A DNA stretch of 64,000 nucleotides from Octopus sinensis (taxonomy: Eukaryota). The position numbers and the translations under genes are program-made. Under the pieces are notes generated by a model, which searched no databases, was not told the DNA's origin, and worked only from the letters and a program-made list of their open reading frames with translations. Below are positions 38,505-52,692 of this stretch, piece by piece; positions within the stretch are counted from its first letter, which is position 1, and each line of letters starts with the position of its first letter. The stretch is taken from contig NC_043007.1 in assembly GCF_006345805.1 (NCBI RefSeq), forward strand, positions 40,052,001 to 40,116,000, given 5' to 3'.

Positions 38505-38745
38505 TTCTTTTATTTGGTTCAGTCATTTGACTGGCTATGCTGGAGCACAGCCTTAAAGTGTTTTAGTCGAAGAAATCAACCCCAGAACTTATTTTTTTGT
38601 AAGCTACCACTTATTCTATTGATCTCTCTTGACAAACTGCTAAGGTACGGGGACATAAACACACCAACGTCGGTTGTCAAGCAATAGTAGGGGGACAAAC
38701 ACAGACACAAAGACACACACATAAATATATACATACATCCATATA

Positions 38746-38792
<47 letters not shown>

Positions 38793-38907
38793 GATAGGCT
38801 TCTGTCAGTTACTGTCTAGCATATCCACTCACAAGGTGTTACACAATGGGACTGAACCTGAAACCATGTGATTCCGAAGCAAGCTTCTTACCACGCAGAT
38901 ATGCCTG
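38505..38907 (-). mobile_element. SINE family A
   Basis: Reverse complement of the family A consensus, diverged. Confidence 0.8.
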
Positions 38908-39299
38908 TATGTATGTAAATATATATATATATATTAAGGTATGTATCTATGCACATAAACACATGACTGTCCTAATATAATAATGAGCGTAGTGTTTTTA
39001 TATATTTGTATGTATATATATAAATCTTTAATTAAATATATTCAATGAATATATTATATACTGAATTTATATTGAGTGCTCTATTGTCTCAAAGTATTAA
39101 TACTATTAAAGTATTTATATACTTAATACAAGTGATTATATATATTTTTTTTTTTATAATACATTATTATTAATATCAGGAAATCAATATTAGAAAGCTT
39201 CTCAGAAAGATATACACGTGTGAAAAATAATTGTTGTATTAAAAATATATAAATATGTATAAAAATATATGTAAATATGTATAAGTATAAATATATAAT

Positions 39300-39712
39300 G
39301 TACATGACAGTTTAAAAGTTTTGAATTAAGTATTTAAAGCATCTTACGATCGTTTCACAGAAATGCTGTCCCTATAATGAAATCCTATATTGATAAGCAT
39401 TTATAGACAACTCTTCTGCTCTTCAGAGATATAAAATTTGAATTTTGTATAACATATCGAATAGTAGTTTTTTTTAAAATTTGAAGTAATACTATAAAAT
39501 GGTGTTTGTTTGAAATATGAATTAAAAATTAAAAATTACTGCTTCTGATGAGAGTTTTTAAATCCATATATACTTCCTTGGTTAGTTTTCTGCAATAATC
39601 CATAATATTCATATGTAAAATCCGTTATATTGTCTTGTATTCCAAATATAGTGCATATACTTAGACAATATGGAATAATGGAATCCTGTATTGATGAGCC
39701 CATCAATACCCT
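39300..39712 (-). pseudogene. L1/Tx1-like ORF2 C-terminal remnant
   Basis: Minus strand ...CLSICTIFGIQDNITDFTYEYYGLLQKTNQGSIYGFKN...; resembles the IIFG/N.I.L..K.YIY tail of L1/Tx1 ORF2; many stops. Confidence 0.4.
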
Positions 39713-40186
39713 TTTGCAACAACTTTCTTTCTCTCTCTCTTCCTGTTTCTTGAGTAACACTGCGATGGACTGGCGTCCCGTCTAGCTGGGGGGAACTCAT
39801 ACACCACAGAAACCTGGAAACCAGGCCCATGAGCCTGGCTAGGCTTGAAGAGGGTGACGTTTATTATATATATATACACATATACGTAATTAATTGAGAT
39901 TCAGATGAATTTGGTACTTGAGTTGAAGCACCCAAAATTAGTGCGCTATTAACCATACAGCTTCAAAATATGAATTTTTATGTGTTCATAAATTTTCATA
40001 TGTCTATGAATTTTTATATATTTATAAATTTTCGTGTATATGTATGTGTTTATAAATTCTTAAAAATTTTTTATATATCATATAGCTGAATGCATCTGCG
40101 TATGTATTTTGTATACCATGGAGAATTTTGTTAATATGGATTGAATGAATATATACATCGACCTTTGAATTTGTCTTCTCTCCTCC

Positions 40187-40230
<44 letters not shown>

Positions 40231-41775
40231 GGGGGGGGAGTGGGCATCCAGCTATAGAAACCATGCCAAAGTAGAGAGTATAGAGTGGCACTGTCGCCTG
40301 ACTCACCAGTTCCTGTCAAACTGTCCAACCCAATGTCAACATGAAAAACATGTTAAATGATGATGGTGATGAAGATGATACTGATACACAAGCACGCAAA
40401 CATATATTCATTATCATAATCATCATCATCATTTAATGTCCATTTTCCATGCTGGCATAGGCTGGACAGTCTAACAGTCTAACAGTAAGATTGAAAGCCA
40501 CACCAAGGCCCATTATCTGTCTTGAAATGGTTTCTACAGCTGGATTTCCTTCCTAATGCGAACCACTTTACAGAGTTTATTGGGTACTTTTTACGTGGCA
40601 CCAGTACTATTGCTTTTTATGTGACACCAGTATCAGTACCCTTTACATGGCACAAGCACCAAGAGGGTTACCAAGTACATTGCAAGACAAAAAAACCTCA
40701 ACTGGGAGTGGGGAGTAGTACTGAGGGGGATGTGACTTTATGCATGTTGAGAGATTTATGGAAGACCAACAGTCGCCCATGCATACCAGCTTTTCTTCTC
40801 CGTGCCACCGATGTTATCCAAGAGAAAGGCAAACACTGATACAGCTTGGCATCAGTGATATCGCAACTCATTTCTGCAGCTGAGTGAACTGGAGCAATGT
40901 GAAATAAAGTGTCTTGCTCAAGAACACAACACACAGCCCAGTCCGGGAATCGAACTCACTTCATGATTGTGAGCCCAACGCTCTAACAACTGAGGTATGC
41001 ACCTTCACCATTTTCTCTGATGACCAACTTCAACCACCAAAATAAGAAGTGAAGTTACCTCCTCTTCACACATTTAATTAATGGTCTCTATACACAAAAT
41101 AATTTAGGCTATAATCTAAGTTCAAACTTCCTCCATTATGTTTCTCCACATTATATTGAACAACAAGCTTTATTCCTAGCTCCACCCACTTTTTTACAGA
41201 TTGATTTATCATTTTCCTGTATTTGCTTCTTCTCATTTTCCTTCACACCAACCCTTTTCAACACCACTCCCTTATCTCCACCCCCCTCTCTCTTCCCGTC
41301 TGTTAGCCTGTCTCTCACATAATTTAGCCCATTATTGGTCTGGTCTTTCTGAACTTTCTGGCTTTATATAATACATGCAAATTATTTATAATGAATTTTA
41401 TTGCATTCTCTATACCAGCACTGATTAAGTTCATTCAAGAACTGAACTAATCTTAGAAATCTAAGCTGTAGCTGCTCTTTTCAGTTTATGTTTGTTTACC
41501 TTATCTCAAGGCAAAAATGATTTCAGTAAATCATGACTTTATCTCATACAGTATTTCATATACCATATATTTTCTTCATCTTTGCTCTCTAAAACAGGTT
41601 ATTGGCCATTCCAAAAAACATTTAGCTTAGCATATATTAATATATATATATATATATATACCGGAGTAAGCACATAAATGTGAAATAAGGTGGAAAAAAA
41701 TAGTATCCGAATACCAGAGGTAGAGTATTATGCTTCATTGAAAAGCAGCAAAAATATTACAAAAGCATTCCAAAC

Positions 41776-41821
41776 AAAACTGTCCAACGAACGGGAACGT
41801 GAAACTCTGAGTAACAGTTTT
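41776..41821 (+). ncRNA. Type I hammerhead-like fold with mutated core (CCAACGA)
   Basis: Stem I aaaactgt/acagtttt, core ccaacga, stem II acg-ggaa-cgt, GAAA, stem III ctc-t-gag, GUA triplet; stem I extends into aaaagcagcaaaa/ttttgctgctttt. Confidence 0.55.
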
Positions 41822-42005
41822 TGTGATCATTTTGCTGCTTTTCAATAAATTATGTATATATATATATATATTATATATATATATATCTATATAGATATAG
41901 ATCTATATAGATATATAGATAATACATAGACCAAAGTGTACATACGCCACTACTATATATATATATATATATAAGAATATATATAATATATATATATAGT
42001 TAGGT

Positions 42006-42450
42006 AATACAAAATGGGACAACAAAACATTCAGATAGACGATACAAAGAAAACAAGGATGGGTCATCGAAGTTTTCTTTCCTCAGTCAAGTACCAGATT
42101 ATCTTCGCAATTTCGGCTGATTATACTTGAGATTGCTCCAATCTGGCCAGCCCCTAGGAGAAACTAAGCTAAGAGCATTAGATTCCTGGGAAGAAAGCAG
42201 AGAATGTATTACAAAAACAAGGACAGAAAAAACGGATGATGTTACACAAATACAATAAAAATAACAAGAGGTGTCTTTCGACTAAGGACAAATTAAATTG
42301 AGCTGGTGCCAGATTGGAGCAATCTCAAGTATAATCAGCCGAAATTGTGAAGATAATCTGGTACTTGACTGACGAAAGAAAACTTTGAATAACCCATCCT
42401 TGTTTTCTTTGTATCGTCTATCTGGATGTTTTGTTGTCCTGTTTTTGTAT
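42006..42450. mobile_element. Fold-back element (same family as 19574-19884) with ~165-bp internal spacer
   Basis: Arms ...caatttcggctgattatacttgagattgctccaatctggc / gccagattggagcaatctcaagtataatcagccgaaattg... Confidence 0.85.
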
Positions 42451-43284
42451 ACCTATTGGCTGCAGAAACCCATGATCTACTGAGAAGTCTGTGATATAAA
42501 TTTACATATATTAATCAAAAGAACCCAAGATGTACTGAGTGAATGATAAGTGAATTGTGATATGATGAATGATTACTGTATATATACTAACACATATATA
42601 TATGCTAACACACAAACACATATACAACATATACATATACTAACGCACAAGCATATACACATCATATACATATATTAGCACATTCATATGCTAACACACA
42701 AATACATGCACAGCACAAATTTCCCTATTGAATATTGAATGAGATGCACTTCTGGGTTTCTTCACAAGAAGCGCCAATAACTGTCTCTGACTGGTTGATT
42801 GACAACTAGGTGTTGGAGTAATTCTCAAGAGAAATCATTGGTTGACACCATACTTGTATTGTTTTGAGATTTTTAGCTGGTTTGTGTTTGCAGAAACAAA
42901 GGAATATATACTTACAAACACAAGACACACACAAATATATACAGATGTGTATGCAAATACACACACACACACACACACACACCTATACATTCCTACGTGC
43001 ATACATAAATATGTATATACACACAATAGTCAAGACTATTGAAAAGGTTGCAAGACACAATGAAAATTTTAGGAAAATAAAAATAAGGAATAAGTGGAAA
43101 TTTTACCGGTGTGTGTGTTAAATTATAAGGCACAAAAAGAAAATGACTCTCCCCAGACACAAACAGAATATGCTTCAACACACAAACTCACATAAAGAAT
43201 CTTGCAAATCAAATCCAAAAACGAAATATATACACACATATATATGTATATCTTTGTGTATATATGGAGACAATTTTTATTCTT

Positions 43285-43690
43285 TTATTCTTTTACTTGT
43301 TTCAGTCATTTGACTGCGGCCATGCTGGAGCACCGCCTTTAATCGAGCAACTCGACCCCGGGACTTATTCTTTTGCAAGCCCAGTACTTATTCTATCAGT
43401 CTCTTTTGCTGAACCGCTAAGTAACGGGGACATAAACACACCAGTATCGGTTGTCAATCAATGCTAGGGGGACAAACACAGACACACAAACACACACACA
43501 TACATATATATATATACATATATACGACGGGCTTCTTTCAGTTTCCGTCTACCAAATCCACTCATAAGGCTTTGGTCGGCCTGAGGTTATAGTAGAAAAC
43601 ACTTGCCCAAGGTGCCACGCAGTGGGACTGAACCCGGAACCATGTGGTTGGTAAACAAGCTACTTACCACACAGCCACTCCTGCGCCTAT
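43285..43690 (-). mobile_element. SINE family A, full length
   Basis: Reverse complement of the family A consensus. Confidence 0.85.
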
Positions 43691-46124
43691 GATTCAAATA
43701 AACAAATAAAATCTTGGGTTTTAATGTGCAAAATACATATACATGTATACATGTAATAAGAGAAAACAGATTCAAAATTTTCAGATGTTTTCAGAGGATA
43801 AACAATCCTAACTATTAATATGCTTTTTTTTTACGGATGTATCTGTGGTGTGTGCCACACTCACTTCAAAGGAAGAGGTAAAAAGAGAGAAATAAAACTC
43901 GTTATTAAGCAGAGGAAGTATAGTTGAAATGAGAAGCAAGGCGACAAAGAAGAGGGATAGAAAAGGGATGAGAGATAGGAGATTCATAGAGCTGACAGGT
44001 AAGACAAATGTAATGTGTTAAATGCAGGAGGATGGGTAAGAGACAAGGAGACATAGATGAGGGAAAGGGGAGGGGGGAAAGAGAGAGAGGGGGAGACAGA
44101 GAGTTAGAGAGATGCATTGAGTGAAGGAAGGGAGTGGATAGAGAATAATAGTGAAAGAGAATGAAACCGTTCTCACATCATCATAGAGAAAACACTGGAA
44201 AACTTTTTGTTTTTTGACCATAAATGATAAAGCAGTTGAAAATATAGAAATTGCAAAAGAAATGTTGCCCATCCATCCATCCATCCATCCATCTATTATC
44301 TGACACTTATTCTGTCTGTTTGCATCTCTCTCTCTCTTCTCTCTGCCTCTCTCTCTCTCTGCCTCTCTCTCTCTCTGCCTCTCTCTCTCTCTCTCTCTCT
44401 GCCTCTCTCTTAGCAAATACCTGGCGATATTGCTGTTACTTTTCTACAGTGAAGGGAGAGGTACAAAGAAAAAACACAAGTAAAAAGTGTTAAGCAGAGC
44501 AGAATAGTTGAAGTGAGTGGCAAAGCTACAAAGAGAAGGGACAGAGATGGAATGAGAGAGAAAGAGAGAGAGTGAGAGATAGAGTGAGCGCTGACTGAAA
44601 GAAAGGTGGAATGGTCTCTAAAGATGCTTACATTTTTTGTATTTCGTACAATTTCCCAAAGCCTCTTCATACATTATTATTCGATAGTTGTTAAATGAAG
44701 TCACCGTTTACAGAGGCTTATTTTTTATGTTTTCCATGAAGTTTTCATGGGTCCAGCTAGTCAAGTATAAATACATATACATTTTTATAGAGCAAATTTA
44801 CTCAGATTACATAGCAGGCAGAAAGTATTACAAGTCCAACAGCTGTTTCTGAGTGTTCAGACTTACTGCATAATGTAGTAATGTTAGTAGATGTAACTGA
44901 TCAAACCTTTGCTGCCAGTAATGGAATCAAACAAACATTGGTAACCTCTAGAGCCTCTTTCATCAGAGTGGATCAATAAGAGTCTAACCATGTGTGTATG
45001 GCCAATGCCAGTGTCACGTAAATGGCACACATGCAAGTGGCACATAAAAAGCACCCTTCAAACTTTGGCCTCATGGAGGCAGTGACAAGTGACTGAGACC
45101 TTTGGCAACATACTGTGCTTGAGAAGACCTGTCAGGGCAAGTAAGATTGTAGTTGTGGCCAATGCCAGGGTTATGCAACTGGCACACGTGGTGGTGGCAC
45201 GTAATAAGCACCTACTAAACTCGTTTAAAGGACCTGGTCTTGCAAGTTACTATGCTGGTACCACATGAAAAAGCATCCAATATTCTCCGTAAAGTTATTG
45301 GTGTTAGGAAGGGCATCCAGCCAGTGAGCTAGTATTAATGTTCAACTTGAAGGAGCCCATATATAGTTGTCCAGCTTACTGCATGTGGCATGTAGAAACT
45401 TACGCAAAAATACACACACATGCACACACCACACACACATGCATACTTACATACATTCATGTATTTATATATTCATACAGGCGTATATATATATATACAT
45501 TCATTCATGCAAATATATTGTATATCCTGTCTTTATGTTCTGAGTTCAAATTCTGCCAAGGTCGACTTTGCCTTTCATCCATTCAGGGTTGATAAATTAA
45601 GTACCAGTTACGTACTGGGATTGATCTAATCAACTGGTCCCCACCCCCAAAATTTATGCCTAGAGTAGAAAAGAATATATTGTACACCCTGCCATACATA
45701 CAGAGGGGGAAAATAAAAGACAGACAGAAAGTATGAAAATACAAGACAGTGTGTGTGTTGTGTGGTGTGTGTGTTGTGTGTGCGCACATGTGTGTGTATG
45801 TGTGTTATAATCTTTATTTCTAAGAAGGCTTGTTGTGAGTAGGAGGGAAGGATGGATTTCATAACCTGATAATATAACTGGTATTTATTTTATAGTAAAT
45901 GGAAGGATCAAAGACAAGGACCCTGTCCTGTAGGAATCTAAGAAGATGAGGAAATGGATCTAAATACCTCCTCATACTCCTCCTCATCACCATCAACATC
46001 CATTGATTGGGACTGAGGGTGCCAGGTGGCACCTATATTGCTAGTAATAAGAGTTAAAAACCCTTACAGTTACAAGAAAGCATATTTCCATAGTGACTAC
46101 TCCAAACTGTGACCACATAAACAT

Positions 46125-46730
46125 TCTTTTATTTGTTTCAGTCATTTGACTGCAGCCATACTGGAGCACTGCTTTTTAGTCGAATAAATCAACCTCTTTT
46201 GTAAGCCTAGTTCTTATTCCACCGGTCTGTTTTGCCGAACCGCTAAGTTACAGCGATGTAAACACACCAACATGGTTGTCAAGTGATTGTGGGGGAACAA
46301 ACACAAAACACACAAAGATATACATATATATATATATTATATATATATAATATATATATATATATAATATATTACAGGCTTCTTTCAGTTTCCACCCACC
46401 AAATCCACTCACAAGGCTTTGGTCAGTCCAAGGCTATAGTAGAAGATATTTGCCCAAGATGCCAAGCAGTGGGACTGAACCTGGAACCATGTGGTTTGGT
46501 TAGGAAGCAAGCTTTCAACCACACAGCCATGCCTGCGCCTACATACATACAGACAGACAGACAGACATACATGCATATATACACATATACAATAGGCTTC
46601 TTTCAGTTTCTGTCTGTCAAATGCATTCACAAGTCTTTGATTGGACCAGGGTTATGGTAGAAGACACTTACCAAAGGTGTCATGTACTGGGGCTGAATCT
46701 GAGTTGAGAATGAAATTTCTTACCACAAGA
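46125..46730 (-). mobile_element. SINE family A plus an adjacent partial copy
   Basis: Reverse complement of the consensus at 46125-46540 and 46580-46730. Confidence 0.75.
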
Positions 46731-47058
46731 CCACATCTGTGGCTTAATAATACAATGCATTTTATCAGATACTCCACTGATTCTGTCAATCTACTTCCCT
46801 TAGTGGAATTGGAAGTTTTATTGTTTCAAATGTTTCCTTCGACCAAAAACTGGAAAAAAATACCAAAGTTAAAAAAACCGGCACAAGAAAACCATTAATC
46901 TTTTAGTTTGGAGAGGAATCTGAAAAGTGATAAGAGATAAAAAATCGATTTGCTAATTTCTCAAGGTTGCACCACTCAGCAGGGTGGAACTAATGTAATG
47001 CCTTGGGGTGGCAAAAGAAGTAGGTTAGGTGATTTAGGGTATAAGAACAAAATATTTA

Positions 47059-47275
47059 TGAGGGTATGTTGAAAAGTTCTTGGCATTAATGCTGTTACAA
47101 AAGGCCTGGCTGGAGGCACAAACTTTTGAGCTCTTTTGCAGGGCATAGAAAAACTGAAGGACCACTGCAATAGGTGTGTGAATCTGAGAGTGCAATATGT
47201 TGAATACAATTTAAATTAACTGATCCACCTGCATTTTCTTTTACCCAAAGCCCAGACCTTTTTAGCACTCTCTCA
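47059..47275 (+). mobile_element. Mariner-derived MITE, intact
   Basis: TA|tgagggtatgttgaaaagttcttggc...gcccagacctttttagcactctctca|TA; internal GIEKLKDHCNRCVNLR.QYVE, a mariner transposase C-terminus. Confidence 0.75.
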
Positions 47276-47654
47276 TATTTTCTGGAACATTTTGTTCCAA
47301 AGTCTTTCCACATTATTGATTTTCTCAAACCAAGTGTGGTTACCATGGTCAACAAACTCTAAATTAGATATTTACTTAAATAATTGATTTCAAATTTTGG
47401 CACATTGTCTGCAGTTTTGGAACAGGGGATAAATCAATTACATCAACCCCAGTACTCAACTGGTACTTACTTTGCAGACCCTGAAAGATGAAAGGCAAAG
47501 TTGAACTCAGTGGAATTTGAACTCAGAATATAGAGATGGACAAAATGCTGCTAAGCATTTTGCCCAGTATGCTAACAATTCTGCCAGGTCTCCTCCTTAA
47601 ATTTACTTCAGTTATTAAAATGAAATATAGGTACCTGTCCATTAGTATAATTTT

Positions 47655-48030
47655 ATTCTTTTACCTGTTTCAATCATTAGACTGCAGCTATGCTGGGGCA
47701 CCACCTTGAAAAATTTTAGTCGAATGAATCAAATCTAGTACTTTCTATTTTTTAAGCCTGGTACTTATTCTATCAGTCTCTTTGCCTAACTGCTAAGTTA
47801 CAGGGACATAAACACACCAACACCAGTTTTCAATCGGTGGTGGGAGACAAACACACACACATAAATATACGATGGGCTTCTTTCACTTTCCATCTACCAA
47901 ATCCACTCACAAGACTTTTGTCAGCCAAAAGCTATAGTAGAACGCACTTGCCCAAGGTGCCATGCAGCGGGACTGAACCTGGATCCATGTGGTTGGGAAG
48001 CAAGCTTCTTACCATACAGCCACTCTTGTG
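47655..48030 (-). mobile_element. SINE family A
   Basis: Reverse complement of the consensus, diverged. Confidence 0.8.
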
Positions 48031-48656
48031 CCTAGTACAAATGATACAAATTTACTAATACTGTACTGTACAAGGTACCAGCGAACTAAGTCTGACAGCA
48101 GCTGGAATTTGAAGTTCCTGGTCATATTTTAGTGCAGATTATGAGTGATTCTGGACTATCAATGTTGGAAAGTGCTCCTGTATTTCAATGTACTTATTTG
48201 TATTGTGAGTTCAAATCCTGCCAAGGTTTCAATTTTCTTTTCAGCTATCTGTGGGTTGATCATATTTAGATATAAACATTTTTCCTTTTTTTTCATTTTT
48301 ATTACTAATTTATGTTGGTGTTGTGCTTGTTTTAAGAAATTGCTCCCAATGGACTAATTAGAGCATACTAATACCACCAAAACTACTACTACTACTACTA
48401 CTGCTACTGCTGCTTCTGCTGCTGCATTTGCTTGCTTGCCTAAAAGCAGCCATATGTACATACATACATACATACATACATACATACATACATACATACA
48501 TCATCATCATCATTTAACGTCCACTTTCCATGCTGGCATATATATATATATATCATCATATACATACATATATTTATGTGTGTGTGTATGTGTGTATGCC
48601 TACAGAAAGAGAGAGAGTCTATTCAGCTGCAAAGTTGCATCAGTTACCAGCTGAAT

Positions 48657-48695
<39 letters not shown>

Positions 48696-48869
48696 GCACA
48701 TATATATACTCTTGTGTATTAAGTTCTATCCCTCCTGTTTGTCCCAACAGTATATATATGCACTCATACATATATATATATGTGAGTACATACATTTATG
48801 TGTATGTTTGTGTGCACATGTGTATGTATGTAATGTTCATATGTATATATATATATACATATACACACA

Positions 48870-48907
<38 letters not shown>

Positions 48908-49050
48908 TACATATACACACATACATAATCACATGCATGCTCACTCTCTATGTGGATAGTAATACAACAAAGAAACCAACAGACAGATGTATGAATCAAT
49001 AAATTGATTGCTTAATAATTAATTGATTGGTGCAATTGTCTTTATATATA

Positions 49051-49081
<31 letters not shown>

Positions 49082-49625
49082 TTGTGAGAATATGTGTATG
49101 TTTCCATGTGAGTGCATGTGTGTGTCTGTGCTTGTACATCTGTGTGTGTGTGTGTGTGTCTAAATAGACTGACTACGAAGAGAAGTAGACAGAGTCACAC
49201 AGATAAGAAGATAAACAGAAGCTGTAGGTCGTCCAGTAAACGATATATATATTCTGAATAGAGTTGAGATGTGTATTTAACATGGAAATAACTACATAGA
49301 AATCATATACATATACATGTGTATATATATATATATAAGACCTTAAGCACAGAAAGCAAAAAAAAAATAACATGACAGTCTCAGATTTTAGCAAAAAGAA
49401 AGAAAAAGAAAAAAAATTGTGAACTTCTTAGCTTTAGTAGTTTCTAAGATACAAGCGTAGTGGTCAGACAAGTAGACAGGCAGGCCAAACAATCAAGCAA
49501 GCAAATTGATGTGAATTGAGGCACCTAGATTTTTTTTCCCAGTTAGATTTGTTGAATGGGAGGCAAAACGGAGAGTAAGGTAGATGGATTGCAATATAGA
49601 TAGATATAGGTGCAAATGTGTGTAT

Positions 49626-49659
<34 letters not shown>

Positions 49660-49749
49660 TGTGTGTGTATGCATGTGTATGTGTGTGTGTGTGTGTAATT
49701 TACGTTTTTATTTGCAAAGGTTAAACATAGCAAAAAAAAAAAATAATAT

Positions 49750-50270
49750 TATTGTACACCTTATCCAAAGACACAATAGCTTTAATAAAATTTGAACTCG
49801 TAGCTTCTTAGCCACATGATTGTGTGTATCTGTGTGTATGTATGCATATGTGTGTGTGGTGTGTGGGGGTGCATATGTATGTGTGTGTATGTGGTTGTGT
49901 GCATGTGTATGTGCGTATATATGTCTATGCATGTGTATATGTGTGTAATATATATGTATATTGTACATCTTGTCTGGACACACAATAGTGTGGTTGTGTA
50001 TATGTGTGTGTATATATGTCTATGCATGTTTTTATGTGTGTATATGTATGTATATTGCACATCTTGTCCAAACACACAATAGCTCTAATAAAATTTGAAC
50101 TCATGTTTGTGCATATTAGTCTCTTAGCAACATGTATGTGCCTGTGCATGTCTGTGTATGTATATATGGGAGTGCGTTTGTTGTTGTATATGTATGCGTG
50201 TGTATATGTATGTTTATTGTACGCCTTATCCAAAAACTCAATAGCTCCAAAAAAATTTGAGCTTATGCTT
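49750..50270. repeat. Four degenerate copies of a ~45-bp unit separated by (TG/AT)n
   Basis: attgtacaccttatccaaagacacaatagctttaataaaatttgaactc and three variants. Confidence 0.7.
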
Positions 50271-50758
50271 TTCTGTCATGCTTTCCTAGTCGTGTGTGTG
50301 TGTGTGTGTGCATAAAAGCTGCAAATTGATAGAGTTGTAAGAGTTTTGTATTTATTGCCCCACGATATTTATTCTAACTCTCTGCGCTCATAAGTTCAAA
50401 TTGCACCGAGGTCAACTTCGCTTTCCATCCTTTAGGTGTTGATTAAAAAGAAGTAACAAGCTAGGACAGTGGACTAACAGAACTGTTAGAAGGATGGTCA
50501 AGATGTCTTGTAGTACATGTTCTGGCCCATTACATTCTGGCCCTTTGCATTCTGAATGGTGCAGATGATCCAAGATAGATTTAAGATCAAATGCTAGTCA
50601 GTTGATTCGGTAGCTGAGGGCCTCACTTCAGCTTGGGGGTATCTGGTGTGCTGTAAAGCCGTTGATAGGAAGGCCCTGAGGTGGTGCACATTCTCTCTTC
50701 ATGGTATCTGAACACTATTGGTGTTCAGAATGCAGAGACTTCTATTAACAGTACTTAC

Positions 50759-50784
50759 TCAAGTAAGCTGTTTCCAAGTCTTTT
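50759..50784 (-). CDS. Candidate 26-nt exon (KDLETAYL), phase-compatible with 60368-60432
   Basis: gttgtcttttctag| acceptor and |gtaagt donor. Confidence 0.2.
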
Positions 50785-50931
50785 CTAGAAAAGACAACTT
50801 GAACTTTTAGCTTTAGTGGTGAAGTTGTGTTTGGTGGAATTTAAATGATTTCATGAGGTCCATATATTTAAAATGAATCAAGGTTTGAAAGACAACCAGT
50901 GACATTCATCTCAAGAAGTGCCTAAGATGTT

Positions 50932-51275
50932 CATCATCATCATCATTGTTTGACCGTGGTCGAGACAATGGAATTCACCATGCTACGCCAGACTTCACAG
51001 TCCATCATAGCATTACGGAGGTCCTGTTGCTGGATGCCTGTATCCCTGGAGATTACATCAGGGAGGAGAGTGTGCACCCTCTGGTATTGCGAGTAGATGG
51101 CTTCCAGAGGAGAAGAATAGAAATTGCCTCGGTTTCAGCTCTACAACAATGTCCAGCAAACTGGACTCTCCTATCCTTCACAAGAGATGACACAGGTGGT
51201 AGTTTCCCATATATTTGCATTTTGGTTGGATGACGCTTCCACGAGAGATTTTGAGCTCTCATAAGGTGTTAATAT
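50932..51275 (-). mobile_element. RTE-clade LINE 3' end (second subfamily)
   Basis: Minus strand LSWKRHPTKMQIYGKLPPVSSLVKDRRVQFAGHCCRAETEAISILLLWKP...DLRNAMMDCEVWRSMV; (GAT)n tail. Confidence 0.75.
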
Positions 51276-51376
51276 TTTCCTCATAGTAACATTTGATGTC
51301 AAGACACTAGTCAATGAACCATCCAGTACAAAAAGAGCCTGTGTAACCAAGACTTTTCTCTTACATTTCCATGCAG

Positions 51377-51409
51377 CATTTAGACTATATTTGGTGCCAC
51401 CTCAGGATG
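51377..51409 (+). CDS. Candidate 33-nt exon (AFRLYLVPPQD, phase 1-1), unassigned
   Basis: ttttctcttacatttccatgcag| acceptor and ATG|gtaagc donor; length divisible by 3. Confidence 0.3.
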
Positions 51410-52169
51410 GTAAGCAAATACTAACTTAAGTTTTTGGTCTCCTGTAGTATTGCTCCTAATAACAATGTAAGATAATCTTCTACAGATTTATAGCTGGTTT
51501 CTTGTTTTTTTTTTTGTTTTTTTTTTTGCTCATTTGAGAGTAAACATTTCCAAAACATCTCACATTGTTGATATTAAGAACCAGAGATAATGGATATTTA
51601 TCTCTTTCTATAAATATCTTTCAATAATTCTGGAAATTCTGATGTATCTAAGATATCAGCACTTGTTTACTCTTATGTTACTTAAAGGATATAGATGTTA
51701 GACTAATTCTAGAATTTTTTAAACCATAATTTTGAAGCATCAAACATTAGTATGGTTCTTTGGCTTCACTTTGTGTCAAATAATTCAATGAATTTAACAA
51801 TTTTACTGGATATTGGCTAGCGAGACAGGTCTGTAACAATGTGACATTTCATTTTTAGAAAGCTTAGAAATTTTGCTGTATTTTTCATGATTTTATTGTG
51901 TGGATGCTACTTAAGAAGTGTTATGCTCATTTGAATTTTGCATAGCAATAGGACTGGGATATCAGCATTATAAGTTCCCAGGCAAAATGATGCACTGGGC
52001 CATATGGTATTTATTCATTGGCAACAAGCCGTAATATACAGAGATCAGAATTTGGGTCTTGGACCAGAACTGGGCCCCCTAGATCTGTAATACCTCCTGG
52101 CAAATATCCAGTGTCTGTTTGCTTTGAGACCACATTGCATAGTATCAGATTGTCAGGTTGTTTCATTAA

Positions 52170-52557
52170 CTTAGTTTTTTTAAAGTAGACAGTGGCCATG
52201 CTGGGGCATCGCCTTGAAGGATTTTTAGTTGAATAAATCAACCCCAATACTTATTCAAAGCCTGGTACTTATTCTATCGATCCCTTTTGCCAAACTGCTA
52301 AGTTATGGGGATTTAAAACAAACCATCACTGGGTGTCAAGTAGCAGTGAGGGACAAACACAGACACAAAGATGCATGCACACACACATACAAACACACAC
52401 ACACCCAAACACAATGTACTTCTTTCAGTTTTAGTCTACCACACTCATGATGGTTTGGTTGGTCCAATGCTATAATAGAAAACTCTTGCCCAAGGTGCCA
52501 GACAGTGGGACTGAACCTGGAAGCTAACTTCTTAACATACAGCCATGCCTGTGCCTA
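52170..52557 (-). mobile_element. SINE family A
   Basis: Reverse complement of the consensus, diverged. Confidence 0.75.
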
Positions 52558-52692
52558 CAAATATTAATGATTTCACCACATCACTTTTTTATATTTGCCT
52601 GCACCTTCTACACTGTTGATATTTAGCAGCTATTGCTATTGCTCATGTAATATGATGAGATAACCTGAGTACTGAAACAATTTTTAAAATTA

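Noticed and set aside
42355-42400. CTGACGA / CTGAGGA motifs in the fold-back family as a hammerhead
   Set aside because: No GAAAC partner and no stem I pairing could be built
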